Part shown: piece after piece, positions 32,420-40,261 of the stretch | Layout of the letters: every line of letters starts with the position of its first letter | How positions within the stretch are numbered: position 1 is the first letter of the stretch | IMG/VR virus record: IMGVR_UViG_2974557979_000001 | Reading direction: 5' to 3' (one strand) | Source of the DNA: a virus | Lineage: Duplodnaviria > Heunggongvirae > Uroviricota > Caudoviricetes > Straboviridae | Length of the DNA: 64,000 bases | Notes under the pieces: model-generated | Database searches by the model: none | What the model saw: only the letters and a program-made list of their open reading frames with translations | Told to the model about the DNA's origin: nothing | Made by a program: the position numbers and the translations under genes

Positions 32420-32695
32420 ATGGCAACTGAAAAATGGACTACGGTTCATCCTATTCCGTGGAGAAATACCAGTTTTACATATCTTCCATACTGGCTATAC
32501 GATATTATCGTTGATGCTTTTGAGAAAGGCGACGACTGGCGCGATTATGCGGAAGAAAAATATAAATTAGAGTTTGATACTCTGAAAGAGGCGTTTGAAG
32601 ATTATGGTGATATTCATGTAATCGAATCTCGTAATGGTAAACTGGTTAGTCTGTTGTCATTGACTCCTGCTCCTGAACCAGATCCTGACCAATAA
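32420..32695 (+). CDS. Hoc C-terminal-domain-only paralog
   Basis: KWTTVHPIPWRNTSF...YWLYD...DW...ESRNG, clearly homologous to the upstream gene's C-terminal half. Confidence 0.7.
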   Translation: MATEKWTTVHPIPWRNTSFTYLPYWLYDIIVDAFEKGDDWRDYAEEKYKLEFDTLKEAFEDYGDIHVIESRNGKLVSLLSLTPAPEPDPDQ

Positions 32696-32708
32696 AATAA
32701 GGCAAACA

Positions 32709-33227
32709 ATGAATACACTTCTTTTTGATTTCGACGACACTTTAGCAGAATTTTCTCAGACTTTTTATGATAAGTTCGGTGTACGTCCGGAAGGAACGCC
32801 AAAAGAACGATATGACGAAATGGCGGCTTCTTTGGTGCGTACTGATTTTTATAAAAACCTTCCCCGTATTCAGGCTGGGATTGACCTCCTTCAATGGAGT
32901 TTCCAACGCCGAATCGGTGATCCTGCTACTTTGCTGCTTCGCGCGGAAGCGGTCAGCCCTCTTTGGGTTATGAAAGAAAAACTGAACTATACAGATAAGA
33001 TTTGCGCTGAACTGGGGATCCATCGTCTCGATTTTAGTCGCATTGACTATCCGGAACAGTTCGCAGAACATGCCTATCGTGGTGTTCTGATTTCCCGCAA
33101 CCAGAAACATCTTGAAATCTGGAACAATTCTCATCTAGCTAATAAAGTTCCTGGTATTTTCCTTGCGGAAACCCTGGAAGAAAATATTCAGCTAGTCACG
33201 GAAGCGCTTGCAAAGGCTAATCAATAA
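32709..33227 (+). CDS. HAD-like (5'-nucleotidase-like) protein
   Basis: LLFDFDDTLAEF motif I and FYKNLP. Confidence 0.55.
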   Translation: MNTLLFDFDDTLAEFSQTFYDKFGVRPEGTPKERYDEMAASLVRTDFYKNLPRIQAGIDLLQWSFQRRIGDPATLLLRAEAVSPLWVMKEKLNYTDKICAELGIHRLDFSRIDYPEQFAEHAYRGVLISRNQKHLEIWNNSHLANKVPGIFLAETLEENIQLVTEALAKANQ

Positions 33228-33260
33228 CAAAAAAGGGAACCGCAATGGTTCCCTTTCTTT
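33228..33260. terminator. Bidirectional terminator between convergent genes
   Basis: AAAAAAGGGAACC-GCAAT-GGTTCCCTTTCTTT. Confidence 0.8.
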
Positions 33261-33724
33261 TACAATCTTTTTAATTCATCAAGCGCTGTTTTCTTATCAC
33301 CAACAAAGAGGATTGCTTTACCTCCTGCTTTTCTGAAAGGCAACACCGCTTTTGCCCGATCGTCAAACAGAATTCCTTTACCAGCGAATGCTGCTTTTTC
33401 ATGGCTACTTTTAACGTAGTGGAATTCTGGAACGTAACCCAATACTTTTTGCAATGCTTTACGTTTTTGTTCGGCAACACCGTCAGAATTGAATTTACCA
33501 ACACTGGTTAGTATTGCTACATCACCAAGTGTTCTTAAATGATGGAATAATTCAAATCCTTCTTTGATTGGTTCCAGATTTTCGTAGAAATCAGTTTTGG
33601 CAATTTTTGCTTTGCACTTTTTCAACTCATCTTCTGTCATCATAGAGGGTTCGCCATACATTGGCACAAATGAACCTTCCCAGTCGAACAATACACCATC
33701 CATATCAAAGAAAAACTTATTCAT
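33260..33724 (-). CDS. HAD-family 5'(3')-nucleotidase-like phosphatase
   Basis: FFFDMDGVLFD, ILTS, K, LFDDRAK motifs I-IV. Confidence 0.75.
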   Translation of the reverse strand: MNKFFFDMDGVLFDWEGSFVPMYGEPSMMTEDELKKCKAKIAKTDFYENLEPIKEGFELFHHLRTLGDVAILTSVGKFNSDGVAEQKRKALQKVLGYVPEFHYVKSSHEKAAFAGKGILFDDRAKAVLPFRKAGGKAILFVGDKKTALDELKRL

Positions 33725-33748
33725 ATCAATTCCTCAGTTTGTGTATGC

Positions 33749-33777
33749 ATACTATAATGTTTAATCATTAATGTCAA
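33749..33777 (-). promoter_or_regulatory. Sigma70-like early promoter for the HAD gene
   Basis: Minus strand TTGACA-N17-TAGTAT, then GAGGA RBS. Confidence 0.7.
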
Positions 33778-34613
33778 CCCCAAGTGTCAGTTTTCGGTGC
33801 GTATGCTGCAACTTTAGCCACAATTTCCTTATCCAGTTCAGCTACAGATTTCTGAGGCTTACCACGGGCTTTAACTTTGATGTAGTTTGACTTAACAACA
33901 AACATCCCTTTGTTACTTGATTTCTTGATCTCGCTATCAACACCAACTTTGTTAAAGCTGATCCAAATGTCGCCGTCCATATACTGTTTAAGAGAATCAC
34001 CCATGTTCAGGATCTTCGCCATAGTAAGGGCCGCGCCTTCGTGGGTATCCATGAGAATTTCTTTAGGAACTACACGATCGCGTTTCTGGTTCTGCTGCAT
34101 AGCAATATGAACATCGTTCATAACCCATACGATATGTACGTTTTCTTTCTTGTATCCCAGCTTTTCGACATCACGCGCGATGCTTGCCAGCTTGCTCATG
34201 CCTTTTAACGTTACGTCAAAGATGAGGTTAGGTTTACGATCTTCTGGTGCTGCCATAATACCGGAATAAACACGGTTTTGGTTTTTGTTGGAAATGTTGA
34301 AAACGTCGGCGATCACATGATGGAGGGTAGATACGTTTTCTGGGTTTTTGAGGTTCATTGTTTTGACATCATGGCCCGTTTGTTTCTTGATCTCTGCTGC
34401 GAGTTTATCGCTACCCATTACAAGTTTTTTCAGGGCGTCAACGTCCAGGGTAATACCTTCGATGCCTAGCAGTTTTTCCAGTGTGAACCCTTTACCGGAA
34501 CCAGCACCGCCAGCCAGAATAACAACCTGACCGAACTTAGGATAAGCACGGCCCCCGAAGGTGATCAGCGCTTCGGTTAAGGTGCTTTCTGTGAATTGTT
34601 TAAATGACTTCAT
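33774..34613 (-). CDS. P-loop kinase (AAA_33/zeta-toxin/PNK-like) with internal-protein-type N-terminus
   Basis: ILAGGAGSGKG Walker A, LDVD, LIFDVT, RDRVVP lid; begins MKSFKQFTESTLTEA. Confidence 0.75.
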   Translation of the reverse strand: MKSFKQFTESTLTEALITFGGRAYPKFGQVVILAGGAGSGKGFTLEKLLGIEGITLDVDALKKLVMGSDKLAAEIKKQTGHDVKTMNLKNPENVSTLHHVIADVFNISNKNQNRVYSGIMAAPEDRKPNLIFDVTLKGMSKLASIARDVEKLGYKKENVHIVWVMNDVHIAMQQNQKRDRVVPKEILMDTHEGAALTMAKILNMGDSLKQYMDGDIWISFNKVGVDSEIKKSSNKGMFVVKSNYIKVKARGKPQKSVAELDKEIVAKVAAYAPKTDTWG

Positions 34614-34639
34614 GTAAAATTCTCCAGTTTATTTTCTAT

Positions 34640-34647
34640 TATTTATT
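34640..34647 (-). promoter_or_regulatory. Probable late promoter variant for the kinase gene
   Basis: AATAAATA on the minus strand ~27 nt upstream of the ATG, with GGAGA RBS. Confidence 0.55.
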
Positions 34648-34675
34648 GACATGCTTTCTGACAGTGGTGTATGGT
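34646..34675 (+). promoter_or_regulatory. Sigma70-like early promoter
   Basis: TTGACA-N18-TATGGT. Confidence 0.6.
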
Positions 34676-34727
34676 TACTGTGTTCGACGGATAGGCCGGA
34701 AGAACTTTAAACCATAAGGTATACGAT

Positions 34728-35597
34728 ATGAAAATCAATTTACATCGCTTCATTGCAGACTTTTCCCGCGACCGCGACATGGATTCTTTCAACTATTACT
34801 CCCGTGAGATTGAAGATCGTTTTGCGGCTCATGTTGGATTCCGTCGCCACCATACCCCTAAAATGCGTCCTGACCACGACCCGAAGTATAGCCCTATTAT
34901 GTGGCAAGCCCCTATCGATGGTTACGTTGAAGGGATCCGGATCATGACGTTTAACGCGATGTATGGAAATGCTTTGATCCATATCGCACGTGAGAAAAAG
35001 GCGGAATTTCCTAACGGCTGGCGTATTGATGAAGTGATTCAAAATCTTATGCAGTTACGACGTGAATACAAAGCGGGTATGTGTCTGCGTAATGAACAGT
35101 ATCCGATGTATAAAACATATGCCTATATCTCTAAGCATCTAATTAATTCCATGTTTTACATCGTTGGTAATCATGGTTCCGCTATAGATATAGGTTCTTA
35201 TGAAATCGTGGCTTATGCTCGCGAACAAGGAAAGGCCGCTGCACTGAAAATCATCGAATCTGGTGCTATCATTCTTAACCATCGCATTGATACTATTGCT
35301 TACTATGGTGATCAGGTTGAGGTTGAAGGCGTACACCATGAAAGATTCAACAAAGCTGTATTTACTAAAAATGGCTATGCGTATGGTAATGAAATTATAA
35401 CTTCTGCTGTTCCTCTCGTTCGCCTAACTGTTGAAGGGTTTGGAGAAAGGATGTCTTATAAACCGTCAGAAGCTCAAATGTGCGCGGCTGCTGAAAGAAT
35501 CGCCAAAAAGCGGAAAATGTATACCGATGAATACCTGGCGTATGTCAACAAGACAAAAGAAGATGTAGATCGAGAAATTTCTTGCATGGATTTATAA
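34728..35597 (+). CDS. Hypothetical protein
   Basis: 289-aa ORF with AAGG RBS downstream of an early promoter. Confidence 0.75.
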   Translation: MKINLHRFIADFSRDRDMDSFNYYSREIEDRFAAHVGFRRHHTPKMRPDHDPKYSPIMWQAPIDGYVEGIRIMTFNAMYGNALIHIAREKKAEFPNGWRIDEVIQNLMQLRREYKAGMCLRNEQYPMYKTYAYISKHLINSMFYIVGNHGSAIDIGSYEIVAYAREQGKAAALKIIESGAIILNHRIDTIAYYGDQVEVEGVHHERFNKAVFTKNGYAYGNEIITSAVPLVRLTVEGFGERMSYKPSEAQMCAAAERIAKKRKMYTDEYLAYVNKTKEDVDREISCMDL

Positions 35598-35635
35598 CTT
35601 TGATATAATCTAAGCATCTTTTTAAGGGAGGATAC

Positions 35636-35953
35636 ATGAAAACGATACATTGCAGAAATGAAAACGTTGTTTACTATCACGGTTCGTGTACTGCTGCTGG
35701 TATTGAAAGCATGTTATTGCCTCCCTGTGATTCTGATACTCTGTCTGAAAAAGGCAGGAAGAAAAATTTAGACCGTGTTTTCTTTACCGCTGATATCGGG
35801 TTAGCTCGTATATACGCTGGAAGGGCCGCGCGTTCTATAGGTGGGGATCCTGTTCTGTACAGGGTTGTGTGTCCGGTTGATGTTGTATGCATGAATGAAG
35901 ATAAAGGCGCGAGCGTTTACCATGCAGCATGGGCGTTTTGTGAGGAATTATGA
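35636..35953 (+). CDS. Putative small ADP-ribosyltransferase-fold protein (Arr/KptA-like)
   Basis: YYHGS ... VFFTADIGLARIYA ... LYRV pattern of H-Y-type ART folds; strong GGAGG RBS. Confidence 0.55.
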   Translation: MKTIHCRNENVVYYHGSCTAAGIESMLLPPCDSDTLSEKGRKKNLDRVFFTADIGLARIYAGRAARSIGGDPVLYRVVCPVDVVCMNEDKGASVYHAAWAFCEEL

Positions 35954-36126
35954 ATGATAAAGTGTTGGCGTATCTCGTTTTCTTGCTGGGATATCGCTTA
36001 GAAGTGATGGGCGCGTATTCATCAATGTATGGTGATTTAACGGCTATCTGGATGGTCGGGTTAGGGGTTGCTTTTACATTCCTTTCCTTTGCAATTGTTA
36101 ATGAATCGGAAAAGGATATTGTATGA
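35950..36126 (+). CDS. Small two-TM membrane protein (58 aa, not in ORF track)
   Basis: MNDKVLAYLVFLLGYRLEVMG...IWMVGLGVAFTFLSFAIVNESEKDIV; ATGA overlaps at both ends. Confidence 0.65.
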   Translation: MNDKVLAYLVFLLGYRLEVMGAYSSMYGDLTAIWMVGLGVAFTFLSFAIVNESEKDIV

Positions 36127-36449
36127 AACTATATCATGTGATCTACTCTGGTGTTTTAGGCATTGACAAACAAACGTTAGTTGATGTAATGTGTAAAAAA
36201 CTCGATGAACGAATTGGAACCCGATACAAAAATCATGTATCGGAAAGTATTTTCATCAACGTTGACCATCCAAATGACATGGAAGAAATGGTTAATACTC
36301 TTGATGATCAGCAGATCCCGTTTGTTGACAATTTCAACATGAGCGCTGGAGTGTATACGGTAGTAACTTTTGTTCTAAAAAATGTTGACATCCGAAACGA
36401 TAGCGTGTTGAATGTAGTTGCAAAAATCGATTCTACCAAAGGAAAATAA
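36123..36449 (+). CDS. Hypothetical protein
   Basis: 108-aa ORF in a tightly coupled operon. Confidence 0.7.
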   Translation: MKLYHVIYSGVLGIDKQTLVDVMCKKLDERIGTRYKNHVSESIFINVDHPNDMEEMVNTLDDQQIPFVDNFNMSAGVYTVVTFVLKNVDIRNDSVLNVVAKIDSTKGK

Positions 36450-36450
36450 T

Positions 36451-36807
36451 ATGAAAATTGTACACCGTAGCATTTCCGAACTGTCTCAAGCCGAAAAAGT
36501 GCAAATTCATTTCAAATTCAATGATTTGCGTAAAGGTTATGCCGAAATTGCCCGTGAACATGGGTTAGATAACGGCGATATTTACCAGGTAGTACAGGAA
36601 ATTGAACGTATCCGCGCGTTCCGTTCTGCAAATCTCCCTGTTAAAAATGCAATGCGCCGCGAAGCGATCGAAATCCATCGTAAGCGTGTGTACAATTTAG
36701 AACGTGCTAAACGTCCGATGAAGAAAGAAAAGAAACCTCGCCCGTTTAAACGCGAACATCTTAACACCTCTATGGCGCTGGCGTTTCAAGATGCGGGGAT
36801 TATCTAA
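36451..36807 (+). CDS. Hypothetical basic protein (possible HTH)
   Basis: Start reassigned to ATG 36451 (AAGGA RBS); YAEIAREHGLDNGDIYQVV looks HTH-like. Confidence 0.6.
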   Translation: MKIVHRSISELSQAEKVQIHFKFNDLRKGYAEIAREHGLDNGDIYQVVQEIERIRAFRSANLPVKNAMRREAIEIHRKRVYNLERAKRPMKKEKKPRPFKREHLNTSMALAFQDAGII

Positions 36808-37331
36808 TGCGTAAATCTGCGATGGATCGTTGGGCTAGTATTGCTACTTCAAACGTAAAACCAAATCAAGCCGCACCTGATGTAGAAGCGGTTCGTAAAG
36901 CGAAAGAACCTGAGATCGTGGCCCTTAGCCCCGAACTTATCGAACATCGCCGCCGTGCGTCTGCTATTGAACTGGATCTGCGTATTGCGCGTTCATACAA
37001 TCTCAAGCACGAACACGCCGCGAAGAACAACCATTCTTTTGACCTTACTCTGGAAGATTGGAAAGTGTTGATGACAACTGAACGTTGTCAGTATTCCGGC
37101 AAGATGTTTAGCAATAAACCAGGTAGCCCATATGCCCGTACAATGGAACGTATTAATCCACGTCTGGGATATACACAAGAAAATACAATAGCGGTTATCA
37201 ACGCCGCTAATGCCGAAAAATCACAGCTTGATGCATTCGTTAAGGGTGATGTCATTCTGGATGAAGTAAAAGTGAAGTTGCTGCGTAAAGCACTTTATCA
37301 AGTCGAAAAACGTGTGAAAATGAAAGGTTAA
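36807..37331 (+). CDS. Srd-like / degenerate HNH-fold protein
   Basis: FDLTLEDW...CQYSGKMF...TMERINPRLGYTQEN.IAV resembles the core of T4 Srd as recalled. Confidence 0.5.
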   Translation: MRKSAMDRWASIATSNVKPNQAAPDVEAVRKAKEPEIVALSPELIEHRRRASAIELDLRIARSYNLKHEHAAKNNHSFDLTLEDWKVLMTTERCQYSGKMFSNKPGSPYARTMERINPRLGYTQENTIAVINAANAEKSQLDAFVKGDVILDEVKVKLLRKALYQVEKRVKMKG

Positions 37332-37334
37332 ATT

Positions 37335-38354
37335 ATGTTTAAGAAATATTCTTCTCTGACTAACCATTATGAAGGTAAGTTCATCAATGGTGTAATTATG
37401 AACGGGCTTACTGGCGGCGTGTGGGTTGCGCGTGAAAAGATCCACGGTGCTAACTTTAGTTTTATCACCGATGACGGTATTACCGTTACCCCCGCAAAGC
37501 GTACTGATGTTGTTAAGCCAGCCGAAGATTTTTATGGCTGTTCAGCAGTAGTTGCAAAGTATTCCCCAGGGATCCGTAAGATGTGGGAAACCCTCAAAAA
37601 GACCGGAACTTATGATGATTTGGTTATTCAAGTCTACGGTGAATTTGCGGGGCGTGGTGTACAGAAAGATGTTGATTACGGCGAAAAAGATTTCTACGTA
37701 TTCGATATCCGCGTAAATGGTGAATTCCTTCCGGATAACCTGTGCTCGCTGATCTCTCGATCTCATGGCCTGAAAATGGCCCCGCTGTTGGGATACGGTA
37801 CTTTTGAAGAGATCAAAGAACTGCCGATCACGTTTGAATCTGTTGTGAATAAAGCAAATAGCGGCATTGGTAGCGATAATACAGTATATGGTGAATTCGT
37901 ATATCCTATCATGGACGTTGAAGAGGGCAACATTGCAGAAGGTTTTGTAATGAAACCTGTTTCACCTGCTTTTATGCCAAACGGTGAACGCGTTGCAATC
38001 AAATGCAAAACAACCAAATTCACTGAGAAGAAAGCGAAGAAAGCAACCCGCTTTAATGCTCCGGTTTCATTGTCAGAAAAAGACAAAAACCAACTCGATG
38101 AGTTTGTTTGTTACCTTACAGAGAACCGTGTGAAAAACGTTCTTTCGAAACTGGATCTGGCTTCGATCACTGCGAAAGATTTTGGTCGCATTATGGGCTT
38201 AACTGTTCAGGATGCTATCGAAGAAATCAGCCGTAATCACGGGCCTTTCCTCGAACAGTTCGAAGACCCAGCAATGGCTAAGAAGCTGTTTGTAACCGAA
38301 GCCCAAAACATGATTCGCCCTGTATGGGGCAAAATCCTGAACCATGAATTTTAA
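37335..38354 (+). CDS. rnlB: RNA ligase 2
   Basis: MFKKYSSLTNHY, motif I REKIHGANFS, VYGEFAG, FYVFDI, EGFVMKP, AIKCK. Confidence 0.95.
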   Translation: MFKKYSSLTNHYEGKFINGVIMNGLTGGVWVAREKIHGANFSFITDDGITVTPAKRTDVVKPAEDFYGCSAVVAKYSPGIRKMWETLKKTGTYDDLVIQVYGEFAGRGVQKDVDYGEKDFYVFDIRVNGEFLPDNLCSLISRSHGLKMAPLLGYGTFEEIKELPITFESVVNKANSGIGSDNTVYGEFVYPIMDVEEGNIAEGFVMKPVSPAFMPNGERVAIKCKTTKFTEKKAKKATRFNAPVSLSEKDKNQLDEFVCYLTENRVKNVLSKLDLASITAKDFGRIMGLTVQDAIEEISRNHGPFLEQFEDPAMAKKLFVTEAQNMIRPVWGKILNHEF

Positions 38355-38925
38355 TCAGATTCTGGTTGATGCAAAAGCGGCTACCCTGATCGGTAGCCGT
38401 AAACCTCCTGAACGTATCGCAAACATTGCTGTTAAAATCGGACGTGCTTTGAACGAACGCGGGATCAGGGCTTATTCTGGCGGCGCTCCTGGTATGGATA
38501 GTCATTTTCTGTTTGACTATAATCCGGATAACAGATGTATAATCCTTCCTGAGAACGGTTTTAACGGCCTTTTCGCAAACGGAAAGGATATCATCGACTT
38601 TCAAGATTTAAACACACAGAAAGCCGCTGACGAAGCCAGAAAGGTAGCAGGTAACTTCGATACACAGAATGAATACGTTCAAAGAAGGTATGCGCGAAAC
38701 ACGATTCAAGTTCTTCGTGAAAATCTTGACAATCCAACTGATTTTGTTTTATTTTGGGCGGAAGAACGTGAAGGATGTGTTAAAGGTGGAACCGCGATCG
38801 CTGTAAGATTGGCTAGGTTGTACAGGGTTCCATGTTTCAATCTCTTCAAAGAAAGTGTATTGAACGATGTGTGTGATACGTTAGGGATCAATATCAAACC
38901 CCCAACGTTGGATTTTTTATGGTAA
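38344..38925 (+). CDS. SLOG / DprA-Smf-like Rossmannoid protein
   Basis: LIGSR, SGGAPGMD, ARN..QVL, GGT...VPCFNL signature. Confidence 0.7.
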   Translation: MNFNQILVDAKAATLIGSRKPPERIANIAVKIGRALNERGIRAYSGGAPGMDSHFLFDYNPDNRCIILPENGFNGLFANGKDIIDFQDLNTQKAADEARKVAGNFDTQNEYVQRRYARNTIQVLRENLDNPTDFVLFWAEEREGCVKGGTAIAVRLARLYRVPCFNLFKESVLNDVCDTLGINIKPPTLDFLW

Positions 38926-39437
38926 TTGAACATGCGCCCTTACTTCGTGAAACATACGAAAGATGGGCTGTTAATAACGCAATAGGTGAAAATATGATTC
39001 ATGTACGTAGTATCGGTACTGACGGTGAAACTCCAGTAGAAGGCCGATCACCAACTCTCGCAGAACGAGCAAGAGAAATTATCAACGATCAGAATGCTAA
39101 GATGATCGAACATGCGCGGGATACAATCACAAAAGGTGTTCTGAAACACGCGACACAACAAAGCCTTATCTATGATATGAAGCACGATATCGGCTCTTGT
39201 CTGGGTATTGAATGTACTCGCTATGCGTTCCAACGGGTTTCTGAATGGTTGGAAGAAGAAGGGCTAACATTCGATACCGAAGAAAAACGCAACGCCGCGA
39301 AGATCACAAATTCTCTGGCTAGTAAGTACAATCAAACGTACCGAAATCAGGAAGAACGTGAAGTGTTCGGTTTCAAAATTCCTGAAAGGAAAACAGATCG
39401 CCGTGTAAGTGAATTCACTTTTTACATTAGTTGGTAA
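38919..39437 (+). CDS. Hypothetical protein
   Basis: 172-aa ORF overlapping the upstream stop. Confidence 0.65.
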   Translation: MVIEHAPLLRETYERWAVNNAIGENMIHVRSIGTDGETPVEGRSPTLAERAREIINDQNAKMIEHARDTITKGVLKHATQQSLIYDMKHDIGSCLGIECTRYAFQRVSEWLEEEGLTFDTEEKRNAAKITNSLASKYNQTYRNQEEREVFGFKIPERKTDRRVSEFTFYISW

Positions 39438-39444
39438 AAAGGTG

Positions 39445-39473
39445 TTGACGGGGGTTGGTTATAGTAGTATTCT
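39445..39473 (+). promoter_or_regulatory. Sigma70-like early promoter
   Basis: TTGACG-N17-TATTCT. Confidence 0.75.
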
Positions 39474-39514
39474 AACTCCCGTAGACAAGACACTAACTCA
39501 GAAGGATAAACATC

Positions 39515-39775
39515 ATGGAAATCGTAATGAAAGCAACTTATGCTGGATATTGCCTGGAAGCAAAAGGTGTTGCTAACAATGGCAAAGGCTTACGGGCCAA
39601 TGTTGAAGCAATGCTGGATGAATTACATGCAATGTACGAATATGACAACGTAGCGGGTAGCGTTCTTATCCAGGCGTTGGAAGTTGATGGTGTTGATTGT
39701 GCTGGTTGGTGGGATGCTTACATTGACTACAATGATAACCGGGTTTACCTGTTGAGCAACAAAGATTATTTCTAA
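39515..39775 (+). CDS. Hypothetical acidic protein
   Basis: 86-aa ORF with AAGGA RBS after an early promoter. Confidence 0.7.
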   Translation: MEIVMKATYAGYCLEAKGVANNGKGLRANVEAMLDELHAMYEYDNVAGSVLIQALEVDGVDCAGWWDAYIDYNDNRVYLLSNKDYF

Positions 39776-39784
39776 GGAACCACT

Positions 39785-40234
39785 ATGAGCGATGAAGCTG
39801 AGGCTTTAGAAGATTGGGCTGATTTTGATGACGAAGAAGACGGGGAATATTTCTGCGTTAACAGTGGTGCTTACAAAGACCGTTTAGAACTTCGTGAACT
39901 TTTATCCGGTTCCTCTCAAATATCAGGATCCAAACGAAAAAGTAGTAAACAAAAAGTTCAATATAGTGATGGTTCTGTACGTGATGAAACTGTTGTTGCT
40001 GAATTTCGTGGTCGGGTTATCACAAAAGAACGACAAATTGATGTAAAGAACTTGTATGAAGTGGCTAAGGCTGCTAAAATAGGTTCTGTGATTGTTTGCC
40101 CTGTGTGCAAAGAAAAACACACAAAGACAACGTATCACAAAGTTTTCTGTTCGAATGGCAGAAAAACCAGTAAGGATTGTAAGTCTAAATATCACAATAC
40201 AATCCATCCCGAACGACTGGATCGGGTATTTTAA
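39785..40234 (+). CDS. Hypothetical Zn-finger protein
   Basis: Acidic N-terminus; CPVC...FC...C motif. Confidence 0.65.
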   Translation: MSDEAEALEDWADFDDEEDGEYFCVNSGAYKDRLELRELLSGSSQISGSKRKSSKQKVQYSDGSVRDETVVAEFRGRVITKERQIDVKNLYEVAKAAKIGSVIVCPVCKEKHTKTTYHKVFCSNGRKTSKDCKSKYHNTIHPERLDRVF

Positions 40235-40261
40235 AATAAACTTAAAACGTGGAGTACGTTT

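Noticed and set aside
32380-32440. Frameshift or pseudogene split of a single hoc gene
   Set aside because: The second ORF repeats the same domain rather than continuing the first, and it has its own GAGG RBS, so this is a duplication and not a break.
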